From assembly GCA_046313635.1 (NCBI GenBank), contig JBKBYA010000006.1, forward strand, positions 166,385-230,384: a stretch of DNA of 64,000 bases. Reading direction: 5' to 3'. Below are positions 49,406-59,507 of this stretch, piece by piece. Made by a program: the position numbers and the translations under genes. The DNA is from Pyrinomonadaceae bacterium. Lineage in GTDB: Bacteria > Acidobacteriota > Blastocatellia > Pyrinomonadales > Pyrinomonadaceae. Position 1 is the first letter of the stretch. Each line of letters starts with the position of its first letter. Below the pieces are notes generated by a model. That model saw only the letters and a program-made list of their open reading frames with translations. It searched no databases and had not been told where the DNA came from.

Positions 49406-50371
49406 CTACGGAACGAGGACTATCTTGCCCAACGCCTTTGAGGCGATCACTTCGCTGTGCGCTCTTGGAGCATCACTTAAATGTAACGATTCGCGTACGA
49501 CCGGCTGCAGATAGCCTGCGGTGAGTCCCTCAAAGATGGCGGCATGTATCTCGTCAAGCGCCGGCCGCGGAGCGTTAAAAAGCGACATTCCGTAGATCGT
49601 CGCGTCCTTTGTCATCGCCTGCCGCGGCGTGAACTCGAGACTGCCGCGATTGCCGACGACGACGATGCGGCCAAACATCGCGAGCGACTCAAAGTCGCGC
49701 TCGAGGTTGACATTGGCGAGCATCTCGACGATGACATCGACGCCCTTGCCGCCGTTGGCAAAGTCGTGCACGTCCCCGTAGTGATCAGTAGCAGTGTGGT
49801 CAAAGACCGCGTCGGCGCCGAGGCTCTTTACAAGTTCCCTTCCCTCGTCGGAGCTCGCCGTACCGATCACGACCGCACCGGCATTTTTTGCCCACTGCAC
49901 GGCGGCGATGCCGACGCCGCCCGACGCTCCGTGAATGAGGACGGTCTCGCCGACGACGAGCGCCGCCTTTTGAAACAGTGCGCGATACGCCGTCGCGTAC
50001 GGCGTCCAGATGCCCGCGCCCTGCTCGAATGAGATGTTGTCCGGCAGACTCCCGAGCTGCGTCTCGTCACAGAGCGAATATTCGGCGTACGTCCCGCTGA
50101 TCGACCCGGCCGTGTAAACGCGATCGCCGGGCCTGAATCTCGTCACATCAGCTCCGACCGCCTCGACCGTGCCGGCGCCGTCCTTGCCCGGCGTGTACGG
50201 CAGCTTCGGCGCATGAGCGTGAATGCCGGTGCGAAGATAAGTGTCGACCGGATTGACGCCGGCCGCGTGGATTCGCACGAGTACCTGCGTGCCCTGCGGC
50301 TCGGGAGTCTCGACCGTCTCGAGCTTCATCACCTCGGGCTCACCAAATTCTCTGACGACGATAGCCTTCAT
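49406..50371 (-). CDS. NADPH:quinone reductase (zeta-crystallin-like)
   Basis: GVNPVD, PYTPG, HGASGGVG, GKIVL. Confidence 0.92.
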   Translation of the reverse strand: MKAIVVREFGEPEVMKLETVETPEPQGTQVLVRIHAAGVNPVDTYLRTGIHAHAPKLPYTPGKDGAGTVEAVGADVTRFRPGDRVYTAGSISGTYAEYSLCDETQLGSLPDNISFEQGAGIWTPYATAYRALFQKAALVVGETVLIHGASGGVGIAAVQWAKNAGAVVIGTASSDEGRELVKSLGADAVFDHTATDHYGDVHDFANGGKGVDVIVEMLANVNLERDFESLAMFGRIVVVGNRGSLEFTPRQAMTKDATIYGMSLFNAPRPALDEIHAAIFEGLTAGYLQPVVRESLHLSDAPRAHSEVIASKALGKIVLVP

Positions 50372-50477
50372 CGCTTCCACTCACTCTCAGGGATCTAGGC
50401 GTTGATCAGTATGTTTCGCAGCGTGCCGATCGGCAGCTGTCTGCCGGAATGAAAAGGGACGATCACCTGTCGCTCAT
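50368..50477 (-). pseudogene. hicA: HicA toxin remnant
   Basis: ATG 50477 gives MSDR*; a shifted frame gives RQVIVPFHSGRQLPIGTLRNILINA*IPESEWKR*, the HicA C-terminal half. Confidence 0.75.
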
Positions 50478-50677
50478 CCGACGACTATCTCGCGCGTGAT
50501 CGCGGTCGGTGCAAGCGGATAATCGTCGGGCTGCAAATAGAGCTCGATCGCTTCACGAATATTTGTGAGTGCCTCTTCTTCGGTCGCACCGGTGCTTGCA
50601 CAGCCCGGAAGCTCGGGGCACCATACGGCCCATTCGCCGAGCTCCTTATCGAATTCAAGTACGGCCCGCCACTTCAT
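50474..50677 (-). CDS. hicB: HicB-family antitoxin, short form
   Basis: WAVWCPELPGCASTGATEEEALTNIREAIELYL. Confidence 0.9.
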   Translation of the reverse strand: MKWRAVLEFDKELGEWAVWCPELPGCASTGATEEEALTNIREAIELYLQPDDYPLAPTAITREIVVG

Positions 50678-50687
50678 AGTCCGGATA

Positions 50688-52550
50688 CTACTCCACCGTA
50701 ACCGACTTGGCCAAGTTTCTCGGCTGATCGACGTCGCATCCGCGGCGGACGGCGATGTGATACGACAGGAGCTGCAGCGGCACGACCGAGAGTATCGGGC
50801 TGAGCAGATCGGTCGTCTCGGGTATCTCGATCACGTGATCGGCGACCTTCGAGCTCATCTCGTCGCCCTCGGTCAGCACGGCGATGACGATGCCGTCGCG
50901 GGCCTTGACCTCGACGATGTTCGAATGCGTCTTTTCGTATCGAAGCTCGCTGCCCGCGTCGCCCGACTCGCGCGTGTTGACGACGACGACCGGGAGCTTT
51001 TCGTCGATAAGCGCGTTCGGCCCGTGCTTCATCTCGCCGGCCGGGTAGCCTTCGGCGTGAATGTAGCTGATCTCTTTGAGCTTGAGCGCTCCCTCGAGCG
51101 CGACCGGGAAATTGATGCCGCGGCCGAGATAGAGAAAGTCCTGCACGCGGAAGAATTCTTTTGACAATTCTTCGATCGAATCGGCGTCGTTGAGCAAGGT
51201 CTCGATCTTGAGCGGCAGCTGCGCGAGGTCCTGCGCGAGGGTCTTCGCCCGCTCGCCGTCGATCTTGCCGCGCACCTGGCCGAGATACAGCGCGAACAAA
51301 TAGAGCGCGACCATCTGAGCCGTGAACGCCTTGGTCGACGCGACCCCGATCTCGGGCCCGGCGTGCGTCAGGATCGTGCCGTCGGCTTCGCGGTGGATCA
51401 TCGAGCCCTGCACGTTGCAGATAGCGAGCACCTTGCAGCCGGAGCTCTTGGCCTCGCGCATCGCGGCGATCGTGTCGGCCGTCTCGCCGGACTGCGAGAT
51501 CACGATCAGCAGATCGCTCTCTGAAAGTACCGGGTCGCGATAGCGGAACTCCGAAGCGTAATCGACCTCGACCGGCACGCGTGCGAGCTGCTCGATCATA
51601 TACTTGCCCGCGAGTCCGGCGTGCCAAGACGTGCCGCACGCGGCGATCTTTACCGACGTGATCGAGGCAAATTCTTCTTCGGAGATATCCATCGCGTCGA
51701 GATAGACCTTGCCCGTGTCGAGCGAAACTCGTCCCTGCACCGTATCGCGGACCGCTCGCGGCTGCTCGTAAATTTCCTTGAGCATGAAGTGCTTGAAGCC
51801 GCCCTTCTCCGCCATGATCGGGTCCCACGTGATCCGCTGCTGCTTTGGCTCGACGACGTTGCCGTCAAAATCCGTTACGCGGACCGAGTCCTTTGTCAGC
51901 ACGGCTATCTCGCGGTCGCCGAGGAAAAAGACGTCGCGCGTGTGCTGCAGGATCGGCGGGATGTCGGACGCGACAAAGAACTCGCCGTCGCCGAGACCGA
52001 TCACGACCGGCGGCCCCTCGCGAACGGCGATGACCGTGTCGGGCTCGTCGACCGAGATGATCGCCAGCGCAAAGATCCCACGAAGCTCCTTCACGGCCTT
52101 TCGCACGGCCTGCTCGAGCGAGAGCTTTTCCCGCTCCTTGTAATGCCCGATCAGGTGCGCGACGACCTCGGTGTCGGTCTCGGTCTTAAAGACGCTGCCG
52201 CTGGCGGCGAGCCTCTCTTTTAACGGAAGGTAATTCTCGATGATGCCGTTGTGTACAACGACGACGCTGCCCGACTGGTCGCGGTGCGGGTGCGCGTTCT
52301 CCTCGGTCGGCCGCCCATGCGTCGCCCAGCGCGTGTGGCCTATGCCGTAAGTGCCGTCGAGCGGGTGCAGCCGAATGCACTCCTCGAGATTTCGCAGCTT
52401 GCCCTCGGCCCGCCGCAGCTCGAGATGATGCCGCTCGTCGGCGACGGCGATGCCGGCCGAATCGTAGCCGCGATACTCGAGCTTTCTAAGTCCGTCGATG
52501 ATCAACGGGACGACCTGTTTGTTGCCAACGTAACCGACAATTCCACACAT
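50688..52550 (-). CDS. glmS: Glutamine-fructose-6-phosphate transaminase
   Basis: [25 protein letters not shown]. Confidence 0.98.
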   Translation of the reverse strand: MCGIVGYVGNKQVVPLIIDGLRKLEYRGYDSAGIAVADERHHLELRRAEGKLRNLEECIRLHPLDGTYGIGHTRWATHGRPTEENAHPHRDQSGSVVVVHNGIIENYLPLKERLAASGSVFKTETDTEVVAHLIGHYKEREKLSLEQAVRKAVKELRGIFALAIISVDEPDTVIAVREGPPVVIGLGDGEFFVASDIPPILQHTRDVFFLGDREIAVLTKDSVRVTDFDGNVVEPKQQRITWDPIMAEKGGFKHFMLKEIYEQPRAVRDTVQGRVSLDTGKVYLDAMDISEEEFASITSVKIAACGTSWHAGLAGKYMIEQLARVPVEVDYASEFRYRDPVLSESDLLIVISQSGETADTIAAMREAKSSGCKVLAICNVQGSMIHREADGTILTHAGPEIGVASTKAFTAQMVALYLFALYLGQVRGKIDGERAKTLAQDLAQLPLKIETLLNDADSIEELSKEFFRVQDFLYLGRGINFPVALEGALKLKEISYIHAEGYPAGEMKHGPNALIDEKLPVVVVNTRESGDAGSELRYEKTHSNIVEVKARDGIVIAVLTEGDEMSSKVADHVIEIPETTDLLSPILSVVPLQLLSYHIAVRRGCDVDQPRNLAKSVTVE

Positions 52551-52577
52551 ATCGAAAATAAAGCCGACCGGAACAAA

Positions 52578-52910
52578 CTACTCGGAATGATAAACGGTCG
52601 AGACCGCGACGAGGACCGTTTCTTCGTCGAGCGCCTCGTCGGTCGCCAAACGGATCGCGTCGGCGTACGCGGCGACGGCCTGAAGATTTCGCTCGATGTC
52701 GAAGGGCGTATCGGTATAGACAAGGTTTATCCGGTCGGAGATCACCTGGCCCGAATGCGAGAGGTAGCTGCCCTCGAGTCCCTTAAGGATCGTGCAGCCG
52801 CCGAAGGCGGACGTGAACTCGCGCGAGTATGTCGTCAGTACGTCGGTGTAGATCGCGTTCGGCAGGTCAGGCAGATAAACCTCAATTCTTGCTTTTGCGG
52901 ATAGAGGCAA
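52578..52910 (-). CDS. Hypothetical protein, possibly PII/ferredoxin-like fold
   Basis: 110 aa; FGGCT....GSY...EETVLV alpha/beta pattern; TTG start. Confidence 0.65.
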   Translation of the reverse strand: MPLSAKARIEVYLPDLPNAIYTDVLTTYSREFTSAFGGCTILKGLEGSYLSHSGQVISDRINLVYTDTPFDIERNLQAVAAYADAIRLATDEALDEETVLVAVSTVYHSE

Positions 52911-53085
52911 TGAACTCGTCCTTCCTTTTATCGAAATCTTTCATCCTCTGAAGCGACTCTTCGGGCGTGAGCCGGCCGCGTTTCGGTCGCTGGATAACGA
53001 TCTCCTCGCGCGGCGAGATCTGAGTTTCGCGGTTCGTCTCGTTGGATTTGTTCTCGCTCGGGTCCACAGGTCTCGATCGTATCAC
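52882..53085 (-). CDS. Small charged hypothetical protein
   Basis: 67 aa, LTPEESLQRMKDFDKRKDEFIASIRK; overlaps both neighbours; start uncertain. Confidence 0.6.
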   Translation of the reverse strand: MIRSRPVDPSENKSNETNRETQISPREEIVIQRPKRGRLTPEESLQRMKDFDKRKDEFIASIRKSKN

Positions 53086-54518
53086 ACGTCGTCGCCCTTG
53101 GCTTTTGCCTCCGACAGGCGCTTTTTGACCTTGGCCGGAACGCCGGCGACAAGCGAATTTGCCGGGACATCCTCGATCACTACCGAGCCGGCAGCGGTAA
53201 CGGCGTCATCGCCGACCTCGACCGGCGCGACGAGCATCGTGTCGGAGCCGATCTTTACGCGGTCGCCGATCGTCGTCGGATTTTTGTTCTTGCCGTCGTA
53301 GTTGCAGGTGATCGTCCCCGCGCCGATGTTGGTCTCATCGCCGATCGTCGCGTCGCCCAGATAGGTAAGATGATTGGCTTTTGAGCCGCGGCCGAGCATC
53401 GTCTTTTTGAGCTCGACAAAGTTCCCGACCTTCGCGCCCGGCTGCATCACGGCATTGCCTCGAAGGTGGGCAAACGGTCCGACCGTGCAGTCGTCGCCGA
53501 CCGTCGAGTCGACGATCAGCGAATTGTCCAGCACACGGACGCGGTCGCCGACCTTTGCATTTGTCAGCCGCGAGCCCGAGCGGATGACGCACGCTTCGCC
53601 GACGACGGTGTCGCCCTCGAGCGTCACGTTGGGATAAATGATCGTGTCGGCGCCGACCATCACGCCCTCGCCGACAAAAGCGCTCGCAGGATCGATAAAG
53701 GTAACGCCGTGATCGATCATCAAACGGTCGACGGCCCGACGCCGCATCACGTCCTCTAGCTCGGCGAGCTGAACGCGGTTGTTGACTCCCTCGATCTCGC
53801 GGGCGTCGTTGTGCAGGTAGATCGCGACATCCTCGCCGGCCCCGGCCAGAATGGCCGGCACGTCCGTCAGGTAATATTCGCCCTGCGAATTCTGGTTGCC
53901 GACGCGCGAGAGAGCGTCAAAGAGCTTTGCGGTCTCAAAGCAGTAGATGCCGGCGTTGATCTCACGGATCGCGCGCTCGGCCTCGGTCGCGTCCTTTTGC
54001 TCGACGATGCGGTCAAACTGGCCGCCGACATCGCGGACGATCCGGCCGTAGCCGGTCGGGTCGGCAAATTCGACCGTCAAGATCGTGCACGCCGCGCCGT
54101 GCCCTCGATGCGTTCGATGTATCTCGACGAGCCGCGAGAGCGTCTCGGCCCGGATCATCGGGACGTCGCCCGAGAGGACGAGGAGCGTAGAGTCGCCGCG
54201 GCCCTCGAAGGATCGCCGCGCGGCGTTGACAGCGTCGCCTGTGCCGAGCTGGGCGGTCTGCGTCACAAACTCCACTTTGGTCTCGGCAAGCTCGCCCAAG
54301 ACGGCCGCGCGGACCGCGTCCGCCTGGTGCCCCACCACGACGTAGATCTTTCGCGGCTCGAGCGCGGCGGCCGTGCGGGCAACGTGGTTGATCAGCGGAC
54401 GGCCGGCGAGCATATGCAGCACCTTCGCTCGACGCGAACGCATCCGCGTTCCCAGACCGGCCGCGAGGATCAGAACGTCCAGTGCCGGACCGCGATCTGT
54501 TTCTGAATTGTTGCTCAT
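53082..54518 (-). CDS. glmU: Bifunctional UDP-GlcNAc pyrophosphorylase/acetyltransferase
   Basis: LAAGLGTRM, QLGTGDA, GEYYLTD, GNFVELK, CNYDG. Confidence 0.98.
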   Translation of the reverse strand: MSNNSETDRGPALDVLILAAGLGTRMRSRRAKVLHMLAGRPLINHVARTAAALEPRKIYVVVGHQADAVRAAVLGELAETKVEFVTQTAQLGTGDAVNAARRSFEGRGDSTLLVLSGDVPMIRAETLSRLVEIHRTHRGHGAACTILTVEFADPTGYGRIVRDVGGQFDRIVEQKDATEAERAIREINAGIYCFETAKLFDALSRVGNQNSQGEYYLTDVPAILAGAGEDVAIYLHNDAREIEGVNNRVQLAELEDVMRRRAVDRLMIDHGVTFIDPASAFVGEGVMVGADTIIYPNVTLEGDTVVGEACVIRSGSRLTNAKVGDRVRVLDNSLIVDSTVGDDCTVGPFAHLRGNAVMQPGAKVGNFVELKKTMLGRGSKANHLTYLGDATIGDETNIGAGTITCNYDGKNKNPTTIGDRVKIGSDTMLVAPVEVGDDAVTAAGSVVIEDVPANSLVAGVPAKVKKRLSEAKAKGDDV

Positions 54519-55633
54519 TGAAATTCAGTTTGACGAATGGACCCGGCCGCGTCGTCGACGGCGGATCTCGACGCGGCGGCGCAGGCCAGTATCGCTCGCG
54601 CGAGGCGCTCGGGATGATGTCTCACCTTGTCGCCGTCGTCCAGAAGATTATCGTATATGACCCGAGTCCCTTCAATACGAGCGATCCTCTCGACCGAGCC
54701 GTGAACGCCAATCTGCTCCGCACCCTCGAATTCGTAAAGCAGGCGCTGGCGTTCAGAGATCGGGCGGTCGTTTACGAGCAGCCAGTCAAACTTTATCTCC
54801 GGCGCGTATTCGCGCAGCACTTCGAGATGACGAGCCGACGAGAAGCCGTCGGTCTCGCCCGGCTGCGTCATCAGATTGTTGACGAGCACCTTTACCGCGG
54901 GCGACGATGCGACGGCCTCTGCGACACCGTCCACCAGCAGCGGCGGGACGAGACTTGTAAACAGTGAGCCGGGACCGACCGTTATGATGTCGGCCGCACC
55001 GATCGCCTCGATCGCCTCTGCAAGCGGCCGGCATCCCGGCGGGTCGAGCCGCACGCGGCGGATCTTACGTCCGGCCTTTGAGACGCTCGTCTCGCCAAAG
55101 ACACAAGAGCCGTCGTCGAGCTCGGCGACCAGATGAACGTCATCCGTCGTCGCCGGATAAATGCGTCCCTTGATCGCCAGAACCTCGGACGACAGTCGCA
55201 CGGCCTCTGCAAAGTCGCCTGTGATCTCGGTCAGCGCCGTGAGAAAGAGATTGCCAAAATTGTGTCCGCCGAGCCCTGCCTCGCCCTCGAAGCGATGCCG
55301 GAACAAACGCGACAGTAGGAGCGAATCTTCGCCGAGCGCGACCATGCAGTTGCGTATGTCGCCGGGCGGCGGCACCTGTCTCTCGACGCGCAGGCGGCCC
55401 GAGCTGCCGCCGTCGTCGGTGACGGCGACGATCGCCGAAAGCTCGCCGATCGCCATCGGCGCACTCTCGGCGCCGACAAACATTTTCAGTCCGGATAAGA
55501 GCGTCGATAGCCCGGTACCGCCGCCGATCGAGACGACGCGCAGTTGACGCGGATGAGAGAGAGGCGTTTTCAAATTCTGATCGTCCAATGCAAACTTTTT
55601 ATGGAATTTATAAAAAGCGCTGTTGGCTGGCAA
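54515..55633 (-). CDS. YvcK/GlmR (CofD-like) gluconeogenesis factor
   Basis: IGGGTGLS, DDGGSSGRLR, PPGDIRNC, GPGSLFTS, NLMTQPGET; start uncertain. Confidence 0.92.
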   Translation of the reverse strand: MPANSAFYKFHKKFALDDQNLKTPLSHPRQLRVVSIGGGTGLSTLLSGLKMFVGAESAPMAIGELSAIVAVTDDGGSSGRLRVERQVPPPGDIRNCMVALGEDSLLLSRLFRHRFEGEAGLGGHNFGNLFLTALTEITGDFAEAVRLSSEVLAIKGRIYPATTDDVHLVAELDDGSCVFGETSVSKAGRKIRRVRLDPPGCRPLAEAIEAIGAADIITVGPGSLFTSLVPPLLVDGVAEAVASSPAVKVLVNNLMTQPGETDGFSSARHLEVLREYAPEIKFDWLLVNDRPISERQRLLYEFEGAEQIGVHGSVERIARIEGTRVIYDNLLDDGDKVRHHPERLARAILACAAASRSAVDDAAGSIRQTEFQ

Positions 55634-55822
55634 GTGCGCGAGCGTCTCGATCGCTTGCGAGCCGACGAGGCGGACGCCGCCAAAAAAGTTCTTGATAACA
55701 TTTACGGCCGTATGCTAATTTTTTTACTGCGGTTAAACTGCGTTTTGGCCGCACCTCCGCTTCGCTCACACAGCAAACGTTACACTACTTAATCCTCGAC
55801 GGCCTCCGGTCAATCAAACCAA

Positions 55823-56305
55823 ATGGCAGATACGCCTTTTATTCTTCAGGAACGGCAGTTTCAAAGGGTGAAAAATGTCCTTGCCCGACTTTGCGTCGAA
55901 TGTGCGGCAAGGGCGGTCTTTCTCGTCGATCGCGACGGTCAGCCGATAGCGTTTCACGGCGAGATCCGCGATATGGATACGACGAGCTTCGGCTCGCTGG
56001 CGGCGGGCAATGTGGCCGCCACTTCGAGCATGGCCAAGATGATCGGCGAAGAGGTCTTCCCCGGCGTCGTTCACGAAGGCGAACGCGAAAGCATCTACAT
56101 CAGCGTCATCGGACGAAGCTTGTTGGTGCTGGTCTTTGACGAGAGGTCCACTCTCGGCCTTGTGAAGATCCGCTCAAAGCGGGCAAGTTACGAGGTCGCG
56201 AGCATCCTCGACGAGGCGATCGCCGAATCTGCAGCTCTCAAGGCAGACAACAGCGGCTTCTTTGCCGAGATCACCGACGACGACATCGACAGCCTTTTCA
56301 ACTAA
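55823..56305 (+). CDS. mglB: Roadblock/LC7 protein MglB (GAP)
   Basis: FLVDRDGQ, SLAAGNVAAT, HEGE, FDERSTLGLV, FAEITDDDIDSLF. Confidence 0.92.
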   Translation: MADTPFILQERQFQRVKNVLARLCVECAARAVFLVDRDGQPIAFHGEIRDMDTTSFGSLAAGNVAATSSMAKMIGEEVFPGVVHEGERESIYISVIGRSLLVLVFDERSTLGLVKIRSKRASYEVASILDEAIAESAALKADNSGFFAEITDDDIDSLFN

Positions 56306-56310
56306 ACACG

Positions 56311-56383
56311 GATTTTGGATTTTGGATTTCGGATTATGTCGACGGCTATGTAATCGCAAATCGAAGATCGCAAATCGAAAATC
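56311..56383. repeat. Inverted heptamer arrays between mglB and mglA
   Basis: gattttg gattttg gatttcg gatt ... aatc gcaaatc gaagatc gcaaatc gaaaatc. Confidence 0.8.
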
Positions 56384-56386
56384 GCT

Positions 56387-56971
56387 ATGACCTTCATCAA
56401 CTACGCATCCCGGGAGATCAATTGCAAGATCGTCTACTACGGTCCCGGACTTTGCGGAAAGACTACCAACCTCCAGTACATCTACGACTCGACATCGCCG
56501 CAGGCCAAGGGCAAGTTGATCAGCTTGGCGACCGAGACCGACCGTACGCTGTTTTTCGACTTTATGCCGCTCGAGCTCGGCACTGTTCGCGGCTTTAAGA
56601 CGCGCTTCCATCTATACACGGTGCCCGGACAGGTCTACTACGACGCGTCTCGTAAGCTAATCCTCAAGGGTGTCGACGGTGTCGTCTTCGTCGCCGACAG
56701 CCAGGAGGAAAGGCTCGACGCGAATATCGAATCGCTCGAGAACCTTCAGGAGAATCTTGCGTCGCAGGGATACGATCTATCGACGATCCCGTACGTCCTC
56801 CAGCTCAACAAGCGCGACCTGCCCAACGTCATCCCGGCCGACGAGCTGTCAGCCGAACTGCAGATAAAGGGCGAGCCCGTCTTTGAGGCCGTCGCGGCCA
56901 CCGGCGACGGCGTCTTTGACACGCTCAAGGCGGTCGCCAAGCAAGTTCTCACCGAACTGCGAAAGAGTTAA
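56387..56971 (+). CDS. mglA: Small GTPase MglA
   Basis: [32 protein letters not shown]. Confidence 0.96.
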   Translation: MTFINYASREINCKIVYYGPGLCGKTTNLQYIYDSTSPQAKGKLISLATETDRTLFFDFMPLELGTVRGFKTRFHLYTVPGQVYYDASRKLILKGVDGVVFVADSQEERLDANIESLENLQENLASQGYDLSTIPYVLQLNKRDLPNVIPADELSAELQIKGEPVFEAVAATGDGVFDTLKAVAKQVLTELRKS

Positions 56972-56993
56972 AGGCTCACGTGAAAGATAAGCA

Positions 56994-57026
56994 GATGCCT
57001 GCCGCATCGATGCGACAGGCATTTTT
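56994..57026 (+). terminator. Intrinsic terminator after mglA
   Basis: atgcctgccgcatcgatgcgacaggcat followed by a T tract. Confidence 0.7.
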
Positions 57027-57210
57027 GTATTACGCGTCCGCACGGCGTGGGCTGACGATTGAGCGGCACGAGATGAAGAGTCGGCCGCGGCCGTCAGCCG
57101 GAGAAAGCGAGTCGCGGCCCGAAGATCGGCGGTAATGCGCCCCGCGGAAAGAACCAGAACAAATAAAAATGCCGCCGCACCTTTCCGATACGACGGCATA
57201 CTGATCTAAG

Positions 57211-57287
57211 TGGCGGGGCCGACGGGGCTCGAACCCGCGACCTCCAACGTGACAGGCTGGCGTTCTAACCAACTGAACTACGACCCC
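57211..57287 (-). tRNA. tRNA-Asp (GTC)
   Basis: GGGGTCGTAGTTCAGTTGGTTAGAACGCCAGCCTGTCACGTTGGAGGTCGCGGGTTCGAGCCCCGTCGGCCCCGCCA. Confidence 0.97.
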
Positions 57288-57327
57288 GCGTTGAAATCTC
57301 AAAACTGAAATTTCGAATTTTCAAAAG

Positions 57328-57403
57328 TGGTGGGCACGAAGGGACTCGAACCCCTAACTTCCTCCTTGTAAGGGAGGCTGTCTACCAATTGACGTACATG
57401 CCC
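57328..57403 (-). tRNA. tRNA-Val (TAC)
   Basis: GGGCATGTACGTCAATTGGTAGACAGCCTCCCTTACAAGGAGGAAGTTAGGGGTTCGAGTCCCTTCGTGCCCACCA. Confidence 0.95.
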
Positions 57404-57549
57404 CAAAAACCATTCGGGCTTGACGGTACTCGTCACGTCAAGGACACCGCACCATTGTTCAAAAAGCTCTTCGACGCCGACCGCGGCGCGAATTGTCATA
57501 GTAAGAAACGCGGCGAGCACGTGTCAAGTTGGGGGCCTGCTCACGCGAG

Positions 57550-58437
57550 CTAGCTGCCGCGTTCGAGGATCAGCCGCGGGATCGCACGGAGAATTTCGTC
57601 GTCGACGCCCATCGACGAAACGCTCGCGACGGCTTCGGCACACAGCGACGTCGCAAGATCTCTCGCGCCGTCAACTCCGAGTATCGATGGATATGTCGCT
57701 TTGGCGACGCTCACATCCTTGCCTGCGGTCTTGCCGAGTTGCTCGCTGGTGCGTGTGACGTCGAGGATGTCGTCCGTGACCTGAAACAAAAGTCCGAGCG
57801 TCTCGCCGTAGCGATGGATGCACTCGATCTCGCGTCGGCCCGCTCCGGCTATCATCGCTCCCGCCTTTGCACTGAAGCTCACAAGCGCTCCGGTCTTGCC
57901 GCGATGGATCTCCTCGATCTGCTGCAGTGTCAGCTGCCGACCCTCGGCCTCGAGGTCTAGCTGCTGGCCGTTGACCATCGCGTCGGCAGCTGCGGCCAGC
58001 TCGCTCACGAGTTCGATGCGGAGCTCGGCGCCGAGCGTCTCGTCGGATGCGATCACCTTGAACGCCGCCGCCTGCAGGGCGTCGCCGGCCAGGATCGCCG
58101 TCGCCTCGTCAAATTGCCTGTGACATGTCGCGCGGCCGCGTCGCAGATCATCGTCATCCATTGCCGGCAGGTCGTCGTGGATGAGCGAATACGTGTGCAG
58201 CATCTCGACCGCGGCGGCCGTGCCGACCAGACGCGCGACGTCGGCCCCGAACGCTCGCCCCACGGCCATCATCAAAGCAGGCCTGAATCTCTTTCCGCCG
58301 CCAAGCAGGCTCCATCTGACCGCCTCGCCGAGGCGGAGCGAACGGCCCGCACGCGGCGACGTCGCAGAGGTCAGACGATCGAGTTCCTGATCGACCAGAG
58401 CGCGCGCCTCTGCCAGGAAATTTTTAACATTCTCCAC
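57550..58437 (-). CDS. ispA: Polyprenyl (farnesyl/geranylgeranyl) diphosphate synthase
   Basis: GGKRFRP, SLIHDDLPAMDDDDLRRG, FQVTDDILD; start approximate. Confidence 0.93.
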   Translation of the reverse strand: MENVKNFLAEARALVDQELDRLTSATSPRAGRSLRLGEAVRWSLLGGGKRFRPALMMAVGRAFGADVARLVGTAAAVEMLHTYSLIHDDLPAMDDDDLRRGRATCHRQFDEATAILAGDALQAAAFKVIASDETLGAELRIELVSELAAAADAMVNGQQLDLEAEGRQLTLQQIEEIHRGKTGALVSFSAKAGAMIAGAGRREIECIHRYGETLGLLFQVTDDILDVTRTSEQLGKTAGKDVSVAKATYPSILGVDGARDLATSLCAEAVASVSSMGVDDEILRAIPRLILERGS

Positions 58438-58507
58438 TTGTAAAAAATTATCGACCAGCAGTTCGGCATTTTCAAAGTTTGAGAACTTGTGTATCGTTAG
58501 CCGAATC

Positions 58508-59503
58508 ATGAGGGTCTTGTGCGTCCTAATGGTCATCTGTTCGATCGCGGCCTCGGTCTCGGGACAAGCCGACCGCGCCTCGCCGCCAAAATGGTTTCGC
58601 GGCAACACGCATACGCACACGCTGAACAGCGATGGCGACTCGCAGCCCGCCGACGTCGTTCGCTGGTACCGGGAAAATGGATACAACTTTGTCTTTATCA
58701 CCGATCACGAGTTCATCACCAGCGTCGCGCCGCTCAACGACCTTCTGGGTCTGGCCGGAAGCTTCGCTGTCTTCAGCGGACAGGAGGTCACCGACAGTTT
58801 CGACAAAAAGCCGTACCACGTGAACGGGCTCGGGCTCGAGCGCGTCGTTCTGCCGTGGAAATCGGGCCCGGGCTCGACCGCGACGCTCCAGCGTGACCTC
58901 GACGCCATCCGCGCCGCGGGCGGTATTCCGCAGCTGAATCATCCGAACTTTGGTTGGGCGGTGACCGAGGCAGACATTTCAAAGCTGAGCGGGATCATGC
59001 TCTTCGAGCTGTACAACGGCCATCCGCTGGTCAATAACCTCGGCGGCGGCGATTCGCCTGGCGTCGAGACCATCTGGGACGCGGTACTTGCGTCGGGCAA
59101 GCTGATATACGGCGTCGCATCGGACGACGCGCACAATTTCAAGCAGCCCTTTGACCGCAGCGTCGCGGCGCCGGGCCGCGGATGGATCTACGTCAGAGCC
59201 CCCGATCTCTCGGCTCGAGCGATCCTCGACGCTATGGAACGCGGCGACTTTTATGCTTCGACGGGGGTGGAGCTCGAGGAGTATTCGGCCGATCACAGCC
59301 AAGTGACCTTGAAGGTAAAAGCTGAACGCTGGAGCAAATATCGCATCCAGTTCATCGGGTCGGGCGGCCGCATCCTTAGCGAAACCGGAGCCGGGCAGGC
59401 CGTCTATCGCTTCACCGGCAACGAGGGCTACGTCCGCGCAAAGGTCATCGAGTCAAACGGCAAGACAGCGTGGACGCAGCCGGTACTCGTCAAAAAGAAA
59501 TAA
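58508..59503 (+). CDS. Secreted PHP-domain (CehA/McbA-like) metallohydrolase
   Basis: GNTHTHT..SDG, ITDH, NHP, SDDAH, AWTQP. Confidence 0.88.
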   Translation: MRVLCVLMVICSIAASVSGQADRASPPKWFRGNTHTHTLNSDGDSQPADVVRWYRENGYNFVFITDHEFITSVAPLNDLLGLAGSFAVFSGQEVTDSFDKKPYHVNGLGLERVVLPWKSGPGSTATLQRDLDAIRAAGGIPQLNHPNFGWAVTEADISKLSGIMLFELYNGHPLVNNLGGGDSPGVETIWDAVLASGKLIYGVASDDAHNFKQPFDRSVAAPGRGWIYVRAPDLSARAILDAMERGDFYASTGVELEEYSADHSQVTLKVKAERWSKYRIQFIGSGGRILSETGAGQAVYRFTGNEGYVRAKVIESNGKTAWTQPVLVKKK

Positions 59504-59507
59504 GGCC

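Noticed and set aside
52551..52577. glmS ribozyme
   Set aside because: The gap upstream of glmS is only 27 bp and no ribozyme core is recognisable.
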